Assembly (NCBI GenBank): GCA_964247135.1
Contig: CAXTTL010000085.1
Coordinates: 1-17,799 of the forward strand
From: an uncultured Deinococcales bacterium
GTDB taxonomy: Bacteria; Deinococcota; Deinococci; Deinococcales; JAAFIG01
Direction: 5' to 3'
Length of the DNA: 17,799 bases
Under the pieces are notes generated by a model. The model was not told where the DNA came from, did no database searches, and saw nothing but the letters and a program-made list of their open reading frames with translations. Made by a program: the position numbers and the translations under genes. Positions 15,276 through 17,799 of the stretch are shown one piece after another (positions within the stretch are counted from its first letter, which is position 1; every line of letters starts with the position of its first letter).

Positions 15276-17041
15276 TCTTGACCGATGCCTTGGTTGGCAA
15301 TGCCAAAAATATTTTCGGGGTCAATCTCGTGTTTCGCGCCTTCAATCCAACTGCGCCCTGCGGCAGATTTCACTTGCTTGACAAATCCCGCCCGAAGTTT
15401 CCCAACGCCGTGATGATGACTGATCGACCCGCCGTGCGCCAGCAAGGTTTCCCTGGCGGCATTCTCGAGAATCGAGAAGGTTTCGGCGGGTTTTGGTTGC
15501 CCGACGGTCAGGGCAGCCAAGTAAAAGTACACGCACGCGCCACTGTGATACACCTGCGTCACGCGCCACGAGATGATCGGCTTACCTGGCAGGTTAAGGC
15601 GTTCGTGCTCGCTTAAAATGCGGTCTTTCACGGCTTGGCACATCCCTGGCAAGTCCGACCAGGCGACGCTGGTTTCAAAACTTTCGGCGCTGATGCCAAA
15701 ACGCATCAAAAAATCGCGGATGTAGGCAATGGCAAAGGTCAGTTGATAACCGCGTTTGCCGTTTTCTGGACCCGCCCTAAAACCGTTGTGCTTTTTGGCG
15801 AGCCTTCCGACTCGAGCGGCTTGATCGGCAACCTCGCTGGCTCTGCCCTCGTACAAAAAGGTGCAAGCGACCATCGAATCGGGCTTGAAGCCGAGTGGAC
15901 CGGTGACAATGCGACGCTCGAGGTTGGATTTCATTTTCTTGAACGAGTCTGTAACTTCGGGTTTTAAAGCTTGCCCCATTTGAAATTGAAAGTTGTCCAT
16001 CAACCTCGCGCTGGCGGGCAGTTGTCCGGCGTGCGCAAGATCTTTCATGAAGCCAAAACCAGACTCAAAATCGTGGAACAACACCGAGTCAAAACGTTTG
16101 ACTTCGGGCAGGGCAAAAATTTTCAGTTTGGCGCTGGTGATGATGCCGAAATTTCCTTCACTGCCGAAGGCGAGGCTGCGCGGGTCGGTACCCATCGATT
16201 CTCTGGGCATGGCTTGACCCGAAATCACGCCCTTGGCGGTGACCATGCGAACGTCGAGCACCAGGTCTTCGATGTTGCCATATTTATTTTTTTTCATGCC
16301 GCTCGAGCGGGTCGCAATCCAGCCGCCAACCGTTGAAAATTCGATGCTGTCGGGTTCGTGACCGAGTGTATAACCCAGTTTCTCGAGTTCCGCTTGAACG
16401 TCCTGTCCGACCGCGCCAGCCTGAATGTGCGCGAGGTTGTTGGCTTTGTCCAGCTCGAGGATTTTGTTCATGCGGCGCAAATCCACGCTGACGATGGCTC
16501 GGGTTTCATCCTCTGGGCATTGCAAGGCGTGGGAGACATTTGTGCCGCCGCCAAATGGCACGAGCACGACTTGGTGTTGAGCTGCCAATGCCACCAATTG
16601 AATCACTTGCTCTTCGGATTCTGGGTAGGTGACCATGTCGGGCGCTCGGTGCAAGTGTCCGAGTTTGATGGCGTAAACTTCCTCGAGCGCGTGACCGTGC
16701 CCGTGACGGCGGCGTGCCAGGTCGTCTTGGGTGTAAGAAATGCTGGCTGCATCCAGGGCTTTGCTCAGTTCTGGTAAATCTCGAGCGGCTGGAATGGGGG
16801 TCAAACCTTTTGGGGTGTAATCGTCTTGAAGTTTTAAATCCACGCCAATGATCCCAGATGCCCAGGAAAGCAGCGCGGGCATTCGTTTGCCCGAGATTTC
16901 GTAACGGCTTCCACCCAGGCTGATGACGCCATTCTCGAGGGTGAAATTGGTGTCGCTGTACCCCCAGCCGTCAAAACGTTCGCCGCGAAGCATGGACGGG
17001 TCGGCTTTGGGTTGGACATCGGTGGCGTTTTTCACGGACAT
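15272..17041 (-). CDS. Alkyl-dihydroxyacetonephosphate synthase-like FAD-linked enzyme (VAO/PCMH family)
   Basis: GWGY, PFGGGTNVSHALQCP, GHEPDSIEFSTVGGWIATRSSGMKKNKYGNIEDLV, GSEGNFGIIT, ARLMDN, ESFETS, RVTQVYHSGACVYFY and SISHHHGVGKLR are all AGPS-type motifs. TATACT lies 6 nt before the ATG. Confidence 0.88.
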   Translation of the reverse strand: MSVKNATDVQPKADPSMLRGERFDGWGYSDTNFTLENGVISLGGSRYEISGKRMPALLSWASGIIGVDLKLQDDYTPKGLTPIPAARDLPELSKALDAASISYTQDDLARRRHGHGHALEEVYAIKLGHLHRAPDMVTYPESEEQVIQLVALAAQHQVVLVPFGGGTNVSHALQCPEDETRAIVSVDLRRMNKILELDKANNLAHIQAGAVGQDVQAELEKLGYTLGHEPDSIEFSTVGGWIATRSSGMKKNKYGNIEDLVLDVRMVTAKGVISGQAMPRESMGTDPRSLAFGSEGNFGIITSAKLKIFALPEVKRFDSVLFHDFESGFGFMKDLAHAGQLPASARLMDNFQFQMGQALKPEVTDSFKKMKSNLERRIVTGPLGFKPDSMVACTFLYEGRASEVADQAARVGRLAKKHNGFRAGPENGKRGYQLTFAIAYIRDFLMRFGISAESFETSVAWSDLPGMCQAVKDRILSEHERLNLPGKPIISWRVTQVYHSGACVYFYLAALTVGQPKPAETFSILENAARETLLAHGGSISHHHGVGKLRAGFVKQVKSAAGRSWIEGAKHEIDPENIFGIANQGIGQD

Positions 17042-17080
17042 GCCTCGAGTATAAACGCTGAAAGTGTGGTTTCTCGAGTG

Positions 17081-17611
17081 TTACTTGCTTTGATGGTCAA
17101 GATTTTGGTTTAAACCCTGAAAACGTTCGACAATCTCGAGTTCGTTTTGTTTCTCGAGTGTGCTTGGCGCATGAATGTCCGCGCCCAGAATCGAGACTTG
17201 AGCGATGGCAAAAATCAATGTCTGGGCGGTGACAAACACCAGTATCCAAGCGCCCAAACTTGCCCCCTCGAGCACGAACAGCAGCGCGGCGAAGATGGCG
17301 GGAATGCTCGAGATTGCCCCAAGCAGAATTGCGGCTCGTAAGGCGGCGATAAAGGTTTTATGGCGCAATTCAGCAACCGCAATGCCAGAACCCAGCATGA
17401 ACAGGGCAAAACTGACGCCGGTCAAAGGCAACCACCAGTTGCGGTTGTAATGCTCGAGCTTCAAGATCAGCACCGCCAGGACGGCGGTCACCATGACCAG
17501 TGCCACCTGAGAGCCAAAAACGCCCAGCACGGCTTGACGCAACGCATTGGCAACATTGCCTTCGGGTTGTTGTTTTAAGGTTTTTTGTAGGTCGTTCAAC
17601 ATCTTGGTCAT
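17081..17611 (-). CDS. Hypothetical membrane protein (about 4 TM)
   Basis: 176-aa ORF with four hydrophobic stretches, co-oriented with the AGPS-like gene. Confidence 0.7.
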   Translation of the reverse strand: MTKMLNDLQKTLKQQPEGNVANALRQAVLGVFGSQVALVMVTAVLAVLILKLEHYNRNWWLPLTGVSFALFMLGSGIAVAELRHKTFIAALRAAILLGAISSIPAIFAALLFVLEGASLGAWILVFVTAQTLIFAIAQVSILGADIHAPSTLEKQNELEIVERFQGLNQNLDHQSK

Positions 17612-17799
17612 CGTACAGCGTTTTTATAAAGTTTAAGTACAACCTGGCTGCGCTGCCGAAAACGCAAATTTTGATTCTCGAGTAATCTAGAGCATGTCGC
17701 TGAAGTCAGACTTCGAGATGACGCCGCATGGAACGCTCGAGTTTTATTTTTTGGGTTCGGCTCGACTGGTTTTGAATGACCAGGAATTAAAATTATCGT

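Overview
Bacterial chromosomal window, probably Deinococcota (inferred from several leaderless-type TANNNT promoters and the gene content). Genes in order: 5' end of uvrA, EamA/DMT transporter, secreted TPR protein, C-terminally truncated XerC/D-like protein, small membrane protein, secreted M16 peptidase, DUF2229-like protein, GntR/HutC regulator divergent from an MdtH-like MFS transporter, two short-chain chromate transporters, ModF-like double ABC ATPase, heme c / type II copper monooxygenase-like protein, orphan barstar-family gene, a hypothetical protein coupled to an alkyl-DHAP synthase (AGPS)-like gene, and a membrane protein. The most unusual signals are non-coding. (1) Two intergenic 'Russian-doll' arrays (3656-3783, 7579-7650) are built from 20-21 bp A units followed by 15-17 bp B units whose variable hexamers are reverse complements in nested order. 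Each array sits inside a REP-like palindrome that is restored when the array is removed, and an empty homolog of the first host element lies at 313-368. (2) A possibly related perfect 24-bp tandem repeat at 10980-11067. (3) CTCGAG is extremely over-represented (about 135 copies by hand count, about 5 expected).
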